From Burkholderiales bacterium (lineage in GTDB: Bacteria > Pseudomonadota > Gammaproteobacteria > Burkholderiales > SG8-39): a stretch of 63,156 nucleotides of DNA. The position numbers and the translations under genes are program-made. The stretch is from the NCBI GenBank assembly GCA_035476235.1, contig DATILQ010000257.1:1-63156 (forward strand), written 5' to 3'. This document shows positions 9,929-18,946 of the stretch, in pieces. The notes beneath the pieces are model-generated. The model made no database searches, was not told the DNA's origin, and saw only the letters and a list, made by a program, of their open reading frames with translations. Every line of letters begins with the position of its first letter. Position 1 is the stretch's first letter.

Positions 9929-10876
9929 ATGCAAGACCGACTAAACCAGAACGACGTCACGAACCGCGTAAATGTCGAGGATCCGCAGCGGGTCCGCGAC
10001 GCGGTCCTCGCCCTTTTCGCCGTCCGCTACCCTGGAGAGAACCTCAATCGGCTGGCGCGCGCTTTCGACGACTTCCGCGCGCTGTTCGAAGGCGGCTTTC
10101 CGGGCTATTTCGCCTGCGACACGCTATATCACGACATCCGGCATTCGCTCGACGTCACGCTCGCCATGGCGCGCCTGATCGACGGCCACGAGCGCAGCTG
10201 CGCGGCGCCTGACCAGCTCGGCGCACGGCGCGCCATGCTCGGCGTGCTGGTGGCGCTGCTCCACGACGCGGGGTACATGAAGCGGCGGTCGGAGGCCGAA
10301 GTCGAGAACGGCGCCGTGTTCACCAAGATCCATGTCAGCCGCAGCGCCGACTTCATGACCGCCTACCTGCCCCGACTGGGGTTCTCGGCCGAGGTCGCGG
10401 TCGCGGCGCAGCTGGTGCACTTCACCGGCTACGAGATGGAAATCGAGGACATCCATGTCGCCGACCCCAAGGACCGCCTGGTCGGCTACCTGGTCGGCAC
10501 CGCCGACCTGATCGGGCAGATGTCCGATCGCATGTACCTGGAGAAATGCCGTCAGTTCCTGTACCGGGAATTCGTCCTGGGCAACATCGCGCGCGAGCGC
10601 CTGCCCGACGGGCGCGAAGTGGTGCGCTACGCTTCCGGCGACGACCTGATCATCAAGACGCCGGGGTTCTACGAGTACGTCGCGCGCGACCGCATCGACC
10701 GGAAGCTGGGCGCCGTGATCCGGTATGCCGAGGCGCACTTCGACGGCCCCAACCTGTACCAGTCCGAGATCGACCGCAACATGGAATTCCTGCGGCGGGC
10801 CATCTCTACTGCGGACCTCAGCCGGCTGCGGCGCTACTGCTATTCCCTGTCCGAGCCCGTGCGCCACGCGGCGTGA
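9929..10876 (+). CDS. HD-domain protein (putative metal-dependent phosphohydrolase)
   Basis: It has YHDIRHSLDV (H..HD-like) and LLHDAGY motifs. The start is taken at MQDRLNQ. Confidence 0.6.
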   Translation: MQDRLNQNDVTNRVNVEDPQRVRDAVLALFAVRYPGENLNRLARAFDDFRALFEGGFPGYFACDTLYHDIRHSLDVTLAMARLIDGHERSCAAPDQLGARRAMLGVLVALLHDAGYMKRRSEAEVENGAVFTKIHVSRSADFMTAYLPRLGFSAEVAVAAQLVHFTGYEMEIEDIHVADPKDRLVGYLVGTADLIGQMSDRMYLEKCRQFLYREFVLGNIARERLPDGREVVRYASGDDLIIKTPGFYEYVARDRIDRKLGAVIRYAEAHFDGPNLYQSEIDRNMEFLRRAISTADLSRLRRYCYSLSEPVRHAA

Positions 10877-10945
10877 TGTGGCGTCCGTCACATCGGGCAC
10901 GCTTCTGTGCTTGTCCTGCGGCCTGATTCATGGCAAAAGCGCGGC

Positions 10946-11407
10946 ATGACGCTGCCTAACAGGATCGCCAGGCCGGAGGCGGCTCCCGCGCTTTTCCGCC
11001 TGCTCTCCGACAGTGCGCTGTCGCGGGCGGCGCTCGGCGCGTGCGGCTTCCCGCTCGCCTTGCTCGATGCAGCGCCGTCCGCGCGCATCGTGACCTACGT
11101 GAATCCGGCCTTCGAGAAGTTCTTCGGCTTTGACGAGCGCGAGGCCATCGGCCGCTCGCTCGCCGCCCTGCTGTTCCGCGGCGACGAGGCGCTGCTGCAG
11201 CGTGTTCTCTCCGAGGCGCCTTCCGGCTGCCAGCTGAAAGCCTGGGGGAAGGACGGCGCCGCCCGCCACATCGAGATCGCGCTGGGCGCGATCCGTTGCG
11301 CCGACGGGCGCCTCACCCACTGGGCGGTTTCCTTTTCCGATCGCAGCGAGCTCGAGCGGCTGCGCACCGAGATCGAAACGCTGAGGGCGCAGGCCGCCCC
11401 GGTCTAG
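10946..11407 (+). CDS. PAS domain-containing protein (sensor module only)
   Basis: It has I.YVNPAFEKFFGF.EREAIGRSL and then a beta-sheet-like PAS core, ending in a coiled-coil-like tail. Confidence 0.6.
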   Translation: MTLPNRIARPEAAPALFRLLSDSALSRAALGACGFPLALLDAAPSARIVTYVNPAFEKFFGFDEREAIGRSLAALLFRGDEALLQRVLSEAPSGCQLKAWGKDGAARHIEIALGAIRCADGRLTHWAVSFSDRSELERLRTEIETLRAQAAPV

Positions 11408-12765
11408 CGCGTCGCTTCGACCAGCCAGCGCGCGGTGCGCAGCAGCCGCGCATCGAAACCGCGCCGTCCCACGAGCTGCACGCCGAGCGGCAGCCCATCG
11501 GCGCCCTGCAGCAGCGGCAGCGATAGCGCCGGCATTCCGCACAGCGTCCACAGCGTGCAGAAAGACGGGTCGCCCGTGGCAGACAGGCCCTTGGGCGCGG
11601 TGCCCGGCGCAGCCGGCGTGACAATCGCGTCGTAGCGCTCCATGAAGAGCTCGTCGAAGCTCTCCACCATCGGCCGGATCCCACGCAGCGCGCGCTGGTA
11701 ATCGACGGCGCGCGTTTCGCGCCCGCGCTCGAGCAGGGAGCGCAGCTGGTCGGACAGCCGGTCGCGGCCTTGCTGCCACTCGCGCTCGAAATTCGCCGCC
11801 ATCTCGGCTTCCATGATGATCTTGTGCCAGTTCCATGCCTCGGTCGTCGAGGGGAACAGCTCGACTTCTTCCACCCGCTCGCCCAGCGCGCCGGTCAGCT
11901 CCGCGAACGCCTCGCGCGTCTCGGCGGAGACCTTCTCCCAGTGCGGCGTCTTCACGAACGCCAGCATGGGCTCGATGGGCGGTTGCTCCGCAGACATCAT
12001 TTGAAAAGGAATACGGGCACGCGGCCGCGTATCCGGGTCGCCCTCGTCGTAGCCGGCGAGCTCCTCGGCAAGCAGCGCGAGGTCGTCGAGCGTGCGCGCG
12101 AACAGCCCGACGTGGTCGAGCGTGCGCGACAGCTCCAGGATGCCCGAGCGCGGAATCAGGCCGTGCGTGGGCTTAAAGCCGTACACGCCACAGAACGCTG
12201 CGGGCCGGATGGTCGAGCCGTTGGTCTGGCTGCCGAGCGCGAGCGGCACCATGGCCGCTGCGACCGCCGCCGCCGAGCCGCTCGATGAGCCGCCCGGCGT
12301 GTGCTCGGGGTTGTGCGGGTTGCGCGTCTTGCCGGGCGCGAAGTAAGCGCATTCCGTGGTCACCGTTTTGCCTAGAATCACGGCGCCCGCAGCTCGCAGC
12401 ATCTTGACGACCGCCGCATCGTTCGACGGTGTGCGACCGCGATGCAGGACCGTGCCGTTCTCGGTCGGCATGTCGGCCGTGTCGATAATGTCCTTGAGGC
12501 CGACGGGAACGCCGTGCAGCGCGCCGATCGGCTCGCCGCTGCGCTTGCGCTCGTCGGCGGCGCGAGCTTGCGCAAGCGCATGCTCCCCGTCCAGAAAGGT
12601 CCATGCCTGCACCGACGGTTCGAGTGTGCCTATGCGCTCGAGGCAGGATTGGACCAGCTCCTCCGACGTGAGCAGCCCATCCCTGATGTTTCGCGCGGCA
12701 TCGGCGGCGGACAGCTCCGCCGCCTGTCGCTCATGCCCTGTTACCATAGACAGGGAAGGAGGCAC
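11404..12765 (-). CDS. Amidase (amidase-signature family)
   Basis: It has the GGSSSGSAAAVAA AS-signature and a catalytic Lys context (GLKDIIDT). The size is 453 aa. Confidence 0.85.
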   Translation of the reverse strand: MPPSLSMVTGHERQAAELSAADAARNIRDGLLTSEELVQSCLERIGTLEPSVQAWTFLDGEHALAQARAADERKRSGEPIGALHGVPVGLKDIIDTADMPTENGTVLHRGRTPSNDAAVVKMLRAAGAVILGKTVTTECAYFAPGKTRNPHNPEHTPGGSSSGSAAAVAAAMVPLALGSQTNGSTIRPAAFCGVYGFKPTHGLIPRSGILELSRTLDHVGLFARTLDDLALLAEELAGYDEGDPDTRPRARIPFQMMSAEQPPIEPMLAFVKTPHWEKVSAETREAFAELTGALGERVEEVELFPSTTEAWNWHKIIMEAEMAANFEREWQQGRDRLSDQLRSLLERGRETRAVDYQRALRGIRPMVESFDELFMERYDAIVTPAAPGTAPKGLSATGDPSFCTLWTLCGMPALSLPLLQGADGLPLGVQLVGRRGFDARLLRTARWLVEATR

Positions 12766-12770
12766 TCGCA

Positions 12771-13175
12771 GTGGGCACGATCATCGGCATCCTCATTTTT
12801 GCGGGATTCGCTATCGGCATATTGTTCTCGTATCGGCTGTTCATGAGGGGCGATACGGCCCGGGAAAAGGTGGCCGCGCTATTGCCGTCAGACTTCAAGG
12901 CCGACCTTTGGCATCGGAAGGGCGACACCTACGTGGGTTATGAAAAACAGAAGAATCGGCTCGTGCTGGTTGATTGGCCTCATGCGAAGGTACTCTCCCC
13001 CAAGCAAGTCCTGTCGCTGGAGCCCGTTCACGAATCGCTGCTCGGCATCACACACCACTGGGTCGCCGTAGACGTGCCGGATCCGGATTTTCCCCGCTAC
13101 AGAATCTGGTTCCAATTTCGTCGCGCGAAACGCGACAAGTGGCTTGGTCAGCTGGCAGAGATTTGCAAGAAATAG
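12771..13175 (+). CDS. Hypothetical single-pass membrane protein (A/T-richer than its flanks)
   Basis: It has a GTG start 6 nt from the amidase start codon on the opposite strand. An N-terminal TM helix (IIGILIFAGFAIGILFSY) is followed by a soluble domain of about 100 aa. I recognise no family. Confidence 0.45.
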   Translation: MGTIIGILIFAGFAIGILFSYRLFMRGDTAREKVAALLPSDFKADLWHRKGDTYVGYEKQKNRLVLVDWPHAKVLSPKQVLSLEPVHESLLGITHHWVAVDVPDPDFPRYRIWFQFRRAKRDKWLGQLAEICKK

Positions 13176-13199
13176 ACTCATGCCGGAGACAAGGCTGGT

Positions 13200-15074
13200 C
13201 TATCCTCCCCCGTACAAGTAATTCGGCAGCCACAGGGTCATGCCCGGCCACAGGTACATGATCACCATGCACAGAATCACGATCAGCATGTAAGGCATCA
13301 TGCCGGCGAAGATCTGGTTGAGCGTCACGTGCTTGGGCGATACGCCCTTCAGGTAGAACGCCGACATCGCCACCGGCGGCGAGAGGAAAGCCGCCTGCAG
13401 GTTGACGAACACCAGCGTGCCCCACAGGATCGGATCGATGTCGAAGTGCTTGAGCAGCGGCAGGAAGATCGGCACGAAGATGACGATGATTTCGGTCCAT
13501 TCGAGCGGCCAGCCGAGGAGGAAGATGATCGCCTGCGACAGGATCAGGAACTGCACTGGCGTCATGTTGAGGCTCAGTACCCACGTCTCGACCAGCTGCT
13601 GACCGCCCAGGATCGCGAACACCCCCGAGAACAACGCCGAGCCGATGAAGAGCCAGCACACCATCGCGGTGGTTTTGGCAGTCAGAAAGACTGTTTGCTT
13701 GAGGCGTTCCCAGTTGAATTGGCCTCCCTGCAGCGCAAGCAGATATGCGCCGGCGGCGCCGATCCCGGCAGACTCGGTGGCGGTGGTTATGCCGAACAGG
13801 ATGACCGCGAGCACCACGATGGTCAGGATGCCCAGCGGCATGACCGACGAGATCAGCAGCTTCAGCAGCTCGAACGCCTCCGCCTCCAGCTTCCAGTAGT
13901 ACCAGGCGAGCACCAGAGCGGTCGCTGCAACGACAATCCAGAACCAGGTATAGAACGCGGGCGGCGGGCCTGCTTCCACGGGCGCGGCCTCGTGCGTCAC
14001 CATATCCGGGGTGCCTACTTGCTCGACGCCTTCAGGTTCCTGCGCCGGCGTTTCGGATTCGGTCGCGCTCTGCCCCAGCTCCTGTGGCTTGTCCGGATTC
14101 ACCAGTGGCGCCGCCGGAGCGGAAGCGGCAGGCACGGCCTGTTTCTGCGCGGCGCTTGCCTCCTGCCGGATGTCGGTCAGCGGATGGATCACCACGTACC
14201 ACCAGATGCCCCACACCGTCACGGCCGCGAGCATGAGCGGAAACAGCGCCGCAAGAAAATTCCTCCACAGCATGACGTAGGTCAGACGACCGCTCCCGTT
14301 CTGGATAGCGAGCGCCTTGGCGGGCCTAAACAGCGCGGTAAGCAAACCGGCCAGCATGTTTGACGAATACGCCTGCTGGAATTCTCGTACCCAGTCGGAC
14401 ACCGGTATCTTCTGCTCGGACTCGGGCAAGCGCGGCGCGATCTTGGGCTCGATCACCGCCCAGCCGACGATATACACGAGGTAGAGGAACGACAGGAAGA
14501 AACCGGGAAACATCGCCGAAGCGTAGAGCTTCACCACCGACTGCCCGGCGACCGCGGCGTAGACGATGATCATCACCGACGGAGGAATGAGAATCCCGAG
14601 CGTGCCCCCCGCGGTGATCACCCCCGATGCCAGGCGCACGTCGTAGCCTGCCTTCAGCATCGGGCTGAACGCGATCACGCCCATCAGCACCACCACCGCG
14701 CCGACCAGGCCGCTGGCGATGCCCCAGAACGTGCACACGATCAGTGTCGCGACTGCAAGCGAGGCGGGCACCCGCCGGAACGCGAGCTGGATGCTGTAGA
14801 ACATCTTGTCCACCAGCGCGCCGCGCTCCATCACGTAGCCCATCAGCACGAACAAGGGGATCGAGATCAGCACGTCGTTGTTCATCGCTCCATAGGTGCG
14901 CTCGACCATGAGGTCGAACACCCGGTTGTCCGTCCAGGAATGCGCCGGGTCATAGAACGCGATGTAGCCGAACATCATGCCCAGGCCCATCAGCGTGAAC
15001 GCCGTCGGAAAGCCCATCATGATCACGATCACGATGAGCGCGAGCATGGTCAGCCCGAGTCCCGCGTCACTCAC
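13200..15074 (-). CDS. TRAP transporter large permease subunit (DctM-like, FcbT3/COG4664-type, with a large internal insertion)
   Basis: The sequence is a typical DctM (MLALIVIVIMMGFPTAFTLMGLG..., GTLGILIPPS, ...AFLSPPVAMSAFYLKGV). It is adjacent to Q and P subunits. The start is either GTG 15074, overlapping the dctQ stop, or ATG 15047. Confidence 0.85.
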   Translation of the reverse strand: MSDAGLGLTMLALIVIVIMMGFPTAFTLMGLGMMFGYIAFYDPAHSWTDNRVFDLMVERTYGAMNNDVLISIPLFVLMGYVMERGALVDKMFYSIQLAFRRVPASLAVATLIVCTFWGIASGLVGAVVVLMGVIAFSPMLKAGYDVRLASGVITAGGTLGILIPPSVMIIVYAAVAGQSVVKLYASAMFPGFFLSFLYLVYIVGWAVIEPKIAPRLPESEQKIPVSDWVREFQQAYSSNMLAGLLTALFRPAKALAIQNGSGRLTYVMLWRNFLAALFPLMLAAVTVWGIWWYVVIHPLTDIRQEASAAQKQAVPAASAPAAPLVNPDKPQELGQSATESETPAQEPEGVEQVGTPDMVTHEAAPVEAGPPPAFYTWFWIVVAATALVLAWYYWKLEAEAFELLKLLISSVMPLGILTIVVLAVILFGITTATESAGIGAAGAYLLALQGGQFNWERLKQTVFLTAKTTAMVCWLFIGSALFSGVFAILGGQQLVETWVLSLNMTPVQFLILSQAIIFLLGWPLEWTEIIVIFVPIFLPLLKHFDIDPILWGTLVFVNLQAAFLSPPVAMSAFYLKGVSPKHVTLNQIFAGMMPYMLIVILCMVIMYLWPGMTLWLPNYLYGGG

Positions 15075-15738
15075 GTTCAGCTCCCCTCGGACCGATGCGC
15101 TGGTGCGCGGCTTCGTCGATATCGTGCGCGCTTTCGATCGCACGCCTGCGCGATTCGTCGTCCACCAGCGTGCTGCCGGCAAGCTGCTGCTCGACCACGT
15201 CGATCTCCTCGACGTCCTTCAGGCGATCAGGCCATTGCCCGGTCCGCAGGCACACGATGCAGCGCACGATCTCGGCCAGTCCCTGGATCAGCACGAGAAC
15301 CCCGGCGATCGGGATGACGGTCTTGAATGGATAAACGGGCGGCCCCTCGGCCGTCACGTTCGAGTGTTCATTGATGCGCCATGAGATGGCCGCGTAATCG
15401 ATCCCCGCATAGATCAGGGCAATCACTCCGGGGAGGAAGAACAGGATGTACAGAACCAGGTCCAGCGTCGCCTGGGTGCGCGGCTTAAACGAGCCGTACA
15501 GGAAGTCGCCCCTGACGTGGGCGTCCTGCGCCAGCGTGTACGCGCCGCACATCATGAACAGCGTGCCGTAGAGCATGTTGTCGAGGTCGAAGATCCACGC
15601 CGTCGGGGCGTTCAGCAGGTAGCGCTTGAACACCTCGATGCAGACGGCCGACATCAGCGCAAGGATCAGCCAAGCCGTGGCTTTGCCTGTCCAAGTGCTG
15701 ACGTGGTCGGCGGCGAGCAGGAAATTCTGAATTTTCAT
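15067..15738 (-). CDS. TRAP transporter small permease subunit (DctQ-like) with a hydrophilic C-terminal extension
   Basis: It has 4 TM helices and sits between the P and M subunits. The start is taken at MKIQNFL. Confidence 0.8.
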   Translation of the reverse strand: MKIQNFLLAADHVSTWTGKATAWLILALMSAVCIEVFKRYLLNAPTAWIFDLDNMLYGTLFMMCGAYTLAQDAHVRGDFLYGSFKPRTQATLDLVLYILFFLPGVIALIYAGIDYAAISWRINEHSNVTAEGPPVYPFKTVIPIAGVLVLIQGLAEIVRCIVCLRTGQWPDRLKDVEEIDVVEQQLAGSTLVDDESRRRAIESAHDIDEAAHQRIGPRGAERE

Positions 15739-15797
15739 AAAACAAAGCACCCTCCGGGGTCTATGCCCGGAGGGTGCTGGAAAATCTCAGACAGGGA

Positions 15798-16931
15798 TCA
15801 GGCCTTCTTCGCCGCGGGCTTCTTGCCGAAATAATAGTTGTAGGCCATGCGCCGGTCGACGACGGTGTCCTGCTCCCACTTCACCGCGCGCTCCGCAAAT
15901 GTGCGCTGCGAGTCGGTGATCTCCTTGAACATCGGGTTGTCCGCCGTCCTCTTTGCCAGGACCTGGTCGAACACCTCGAGCTGCTTCTGCAGCACCGAGG
16001 CCGGCGTCTTGTAGAACCTCACCTTGTCCTTGGTCTGCAGCTCGATGTAGTCCTTCGAATAGCGGTCGATCGCTTTCCACGACATGTCGGCCGAGGCAGC
16101 CTCCACCGCGTTGGCGATGATCGCCCGCATCTTCTCCGGCAGCGCGTCGTATTTGGTCTTGTTGAACGTGATCTCGAACTGCTCGCCGTTCTGGTGGTAG
16201 CTCTGCAGCATGCACACCTTGGACACGTCCGGGAAGCCCAGGATGCGGTCGGAGGTGGCGTTGTTGAACTCCGCGGCATCCAGCAGGCCGCGGTCGATCG
16301 CAGGGACGATCTCGCCGCCCGGGAGCGCGTTCACCGCCGCGCCCATGCCGGTGAACAGGTCGATCGAGATGCCCACGGTGCGGTACTTGAGGCCCTTGAA
16401 ATCCTCCCACTTGGTGATGGGCTTCTTGAACCAGCCGAGCGGCTGCGTCGGCATCGGGCCGTACGGGAAGGACACGACATTGGCGCCGTTCGAGGCGTAA
16501 AGCTTGTTGAGCAGCTCCCTGCCGCCGCCGTATTTGTGCCAGGCGAGCAGCATGTTGGCGTCCATGCCGTAGGCCGGGCTCGATCCCCACAGCGCGAGCG
16601 CGTTCTGCTTGCCGTAGTGGTAGACCAGCACGCCGTGCCCGCCGTCGAGGGTGCCTTTCGACACCGCGTCGAGCAGGCCGAAGGCCGGCACCACCGCGCC
16701 CGCGGGCAGTACCTCGATCCTGAGGTCGCCGCCGGTCATGTCGTTCACCTTCTTGGCGTAGTCGAGCGCGTACTCGTGGAAGATGTCCTTCGAGGGCCAG
16801 GTGCTCTGCCAGCGCATCGTGATCGGGCCTTGCGCCTTGACGATCGCCGGGAAGCCGAGCGTTGCCGCCCCGGTCGCGGCGACGGCCGCGCCGGTCAGGA
16901 ACTTGCGGCGCGACGGTTGCTGATTGCTCAT
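15798..16931 (-). CDS. TRAP transporter substrate-binding protein (DctP-like, COG4663-type) with a Tat-like signal
   Basis: It has SRRKFLTGAAVAATGAATLGFPAIVKA followed by a typical SBP. Confidence 0.85.
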   Translation of the reverse strand: MSNQQPSRRKFLTGAAVAATGAATLGFPAIVKAQGPITMRWQSTWPSKDIFHEYALDYAKKVNDMTGGDLRIEVLPAGAVVPAFGLLDAVSKGTLDGGHGVLVYHYGKQNALALWGSSPAYGMDANMLLAWHKYGGGRELLNKLYASNGANVVSFPYGPMPTQPLGWFKKPITKWEDFKGLKYRTVGISIDLFTGMGAAVNALPGGEIVPAIDRGLLDAAEFNNATSDRILGFPDVSKVCMLQSYHQNGEQFEITFNKTKYDALPEKMRAIIANAVEAASADMSWKAIDRYSKDYIELQTKDKVRFYKTPASVLQKQLEVFDQVLAKRTADNPMFKEITDSQRTFAERAVKWEQDTVVDRRMAYNYYFGKKPAAKKA

Positions 16932-16973
16932 TCGTTGTCTCCTCACTCTGGATTCGAATTATGGGCAGGGTGA

Positions 16974-17010
16974 AATCCCTGCACGGACAGTACGCGAAGG
17001 CGCAGGGATT
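16974..17010. repeat. Inverted repeat AATCCCTGC-N19-GCAGGGATT in the gap between the permease 3' end and the TRAP SBP start
   Basis: The 9-bp arms were read directly from the sequence. Confidence 0.5.
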
Positions 17011-17047
17011 CTACTCTCGTCCTCGAAGCAGTCGCAAGGCAAACTCG

Positions 17048-18385
17048 TCATGCGGAATAAACCACCGCGCCGGGTGTTGGGAGTGCGGCAGCCGGCTTGG
17101 ATTTGTGCGGCGCATTCGGATGCCAGCCGAGAACGGCATAGAGGACGAAAAACCCGATCACGTAGGCCAGCGCGACGTGCCAGCCGTGCTTGAGCCACAG
17201 GCCGACCGATTTCGCCTGCGGATACATGTTGGACAGCGCAACGCCGGCGGAAGAACCGAACCAGATCATCGAGCCGCCGAAGCCCACCGCATACGCGAGA
17301 TAGCCCCAGTCGTAGCCGCCCTGCTTGAGCGCGAGTGCGGTAAGCGGGATGTTGTCGAACACCGCGGACACGAAGCCCAGGCCCAGCGCAGTCTGCCACG
17401 ACGCCGCTGGGAGTTTCTCCACCGGCATCAGCGAAGCGCACACGATGAGCGAAAGCAGGAACACGCTGCCTTTAAACGCGCCGGGCAGCAGCGACCACGC
17501 CGGACGGCGCCACAGCGCGGCGATGAAGATTGCAACCCACACCCCTGCCCCGATGAACGGGAAGCTGTCCGAGAAGTCGCTGAACTTTACGTTAATGACG
17601 ACATTGACCGCGATCGCGGCGAGCAGAATGGATGCAACGATCGCGACGCGCGGCCAGTCCACGCGCACGCCTGCCGCAGCGTCCTTGGCGATCGGCGAAT
17701 AGCGTTGCTGCTGCAGCGAGGCAGGAACGCCGAGGATCAGCATCGCGGCGCCGGCGGCGACGAAGGCCTCCAGCACGTCCAGCGGATCGACGCCATCGAT
17801 CCACATCATGGTGGTCGTGGTATCGCCGACCACGCTGCCCGAGCCGCCCGCGTTCGACGCGGCGACGATCGCCGCCAGGTAGCCGATATGCACCTTGCCG
17901 CGGAACACCGCGCGGGCGATGGTGCCGCCGATCAGCGCGGCGGCGATATTGTCGAGGAACGAAGACAACACGAAGATCATCCACAGCAGCACGAAGCCGC
18001 CCTTCCAGTCATCCGGCAGGTAGCGCGGCAGCGCCGCCGGCACCCGGCTTTCCTCGAAGTGGTTGGAGAGCAGCGCGAAGCCGAGCAGCAGGCCGAACAG
18101 GTTGGCGAGGATCACCCACTCGTGCAGCAGGTGCAGCGCAAGACCGCCGATCCCCGGGCCGGCTTTGAATCCCGTAAAGCCCAGCTTGTAGAGCACGATC
18201 GCGGCGAGCCCGATGAGCGCGACCTGCAGCGTGTGGTGATGGAACAGCGCGACGCCCGCGAGCGTCAGGCCGAACAGCACGAATTCGAACGGCACGCCGA
18301 GCGCGGCGCACGCCGCCGCCAACACCACCGCTCCGGCGAACAGGCCGCGCTCGCGCGCGAGCAGCCGTGCCGCGACGGATTTCAT
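17048..18385 (-). CDS. ArsB/NhaD/citrate-transporter superfamily permease
   Basis: It has about 12 TM helices, and motifs such as FLDNIAAALIGG and AVFDNIPLTALAL resemble NhaD/CitMHS-type anion permeases. Its ATG at 18385 overlaps the marR stop (ATGA). The 610-aa track ORF is an artefactual upstream extension. Confidence 0.75.
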   Translation of the reverse strand: MKSVAARLLARERGLFAGAVVLAAACAALGVPFEFVLFGLTLAGVALFHHHTLQVALIGLAAIVLYKLGFTGFKAGPGIGGLALHLLHEWVILANLFGLLLGFALLSNHFEESRVPAALPRYLPDDWKGGFVLLWMIFVLSSFLDNIAAALIGGTIARAVFRGKVHIGYLAAIVAASNAGGSGSVVGDTTTTMMWIDGVDPLDVLEAFVAAGAAMLILGVPASLQQQRYSPIAKDAAAGVRVDWPRVAIVASILLAAIAVNVVINVKFSDFSDSFPFIGAGVWVAIFIAALWRRPAWSLLPGAFKGSVFLLSLIVCASLMPVEKLPAASWQTALGLGFVSAVFDNIPLTALALKQGGYDWGYLAYAVGFGGSMIWFGSSAGVALSNMYPQAKSVGLWLKHGWHVALAYVIGFFVLYAVLGWHPNAPHKSKPAAALPTPGAVVYSA

Positions 18386-18864
18386 TCGATGAGCGAGAGC
18401 GGAATGGCCCTCGCTTGCAGATCCTTCGCCTTCAGCAGCGAAATCACCTTGCCGAGGTGGCTGTGCAGGACTTGCAGGCTGCCGCGCGGCAAATCGGACA
18501 GCGCCTGCTGCAGCACGCCGATCAGCGGCTTCGGCGCACCCTTGAGCACCCGGACGCCTTTGCCGGTCACGAAGAGCTGCACGGTCCTCTGATCCTTTCC
18601 CCCGCGCTTCCTGCTGACCAGCTTCTGCGTTTGCAAGCGGCGCAGCAGGTTGCTGGCGGTGGATTGATGGATGGCCAGGGTCCTGGCGAGCCGGCTGACC
18701 TCGACTCCGGGACTGGCGGCAACCTCGGCCAGCGCCCAGAGCTGGGCACCGCTGATCCCGGCCCGGCGTTCGACGCTGTGATAGTGCCGCCGGATCGATT
18801 TGAAAAGGACCCGGAACTGCTCCAGCACTGCCAGCATCTCGGGATGCTTTCGACGCGCCGCCAT
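18382..18864 (-). CDS. MarR family transcriptional regulator
   Basis: It has a winged-HTH region (GISGAQLWALAEVAASPGVEVSRLARTLAIHQSTASNLLRRL..KLV.R..G.DQR). The start is taken at MAARRKH. Confidence 0.8.
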   Translation of the reverse strand: MAARRKHPEMLAVLEQFRVLFKSIRRHYHSVERRAGISGAQLWALAEVAASPGVEVSRLARTLAIHQSTASNLLRRLQTQKLVSRKRGGKDQRTVQLFVTGKGVRVLKGAPKPLIGVLQQALSDLPRGSLQVLHSHLGKVISLLKAKDLQARAIPLSLIE

Positions 18865-18946
18865 GGGTACACATTTGCACAAATATAGTTTGCGCGCTAG
18901 TATCGAGGCCCCCGCCGCAGCCGTGACGTAACCAAGGGAGCTCAGC

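Noticed and set aside
11404-11407. The convergent genes share a palindromic CTAG as both stop codons (PAS protein and amidase). The same occurs at 35543-35546 (small membrane ORF and the DUF192 gene).
   Set aside because: This is a trivial consequence of tight packing, because TAG read on both strands gives CTAG. I see no evidence of function.
17048-18880. A 610-aa version of the permease ORF. The analogous long N-terminal extensions of pntAA (to 22738), glcF (to 30461), glcE (to 31651), the thioredoxin gene (to 53410), the Prx-Grx gene (to 59122) and diaA (to 5696) are in the same category.
   Set aside because: The extensions are Arg/Ala-rich and overlap the well-supported upstream genes. 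In each case an internal start gives the canonical family N-terminus, often with an ATGA, TTGA or GTGA overlap.
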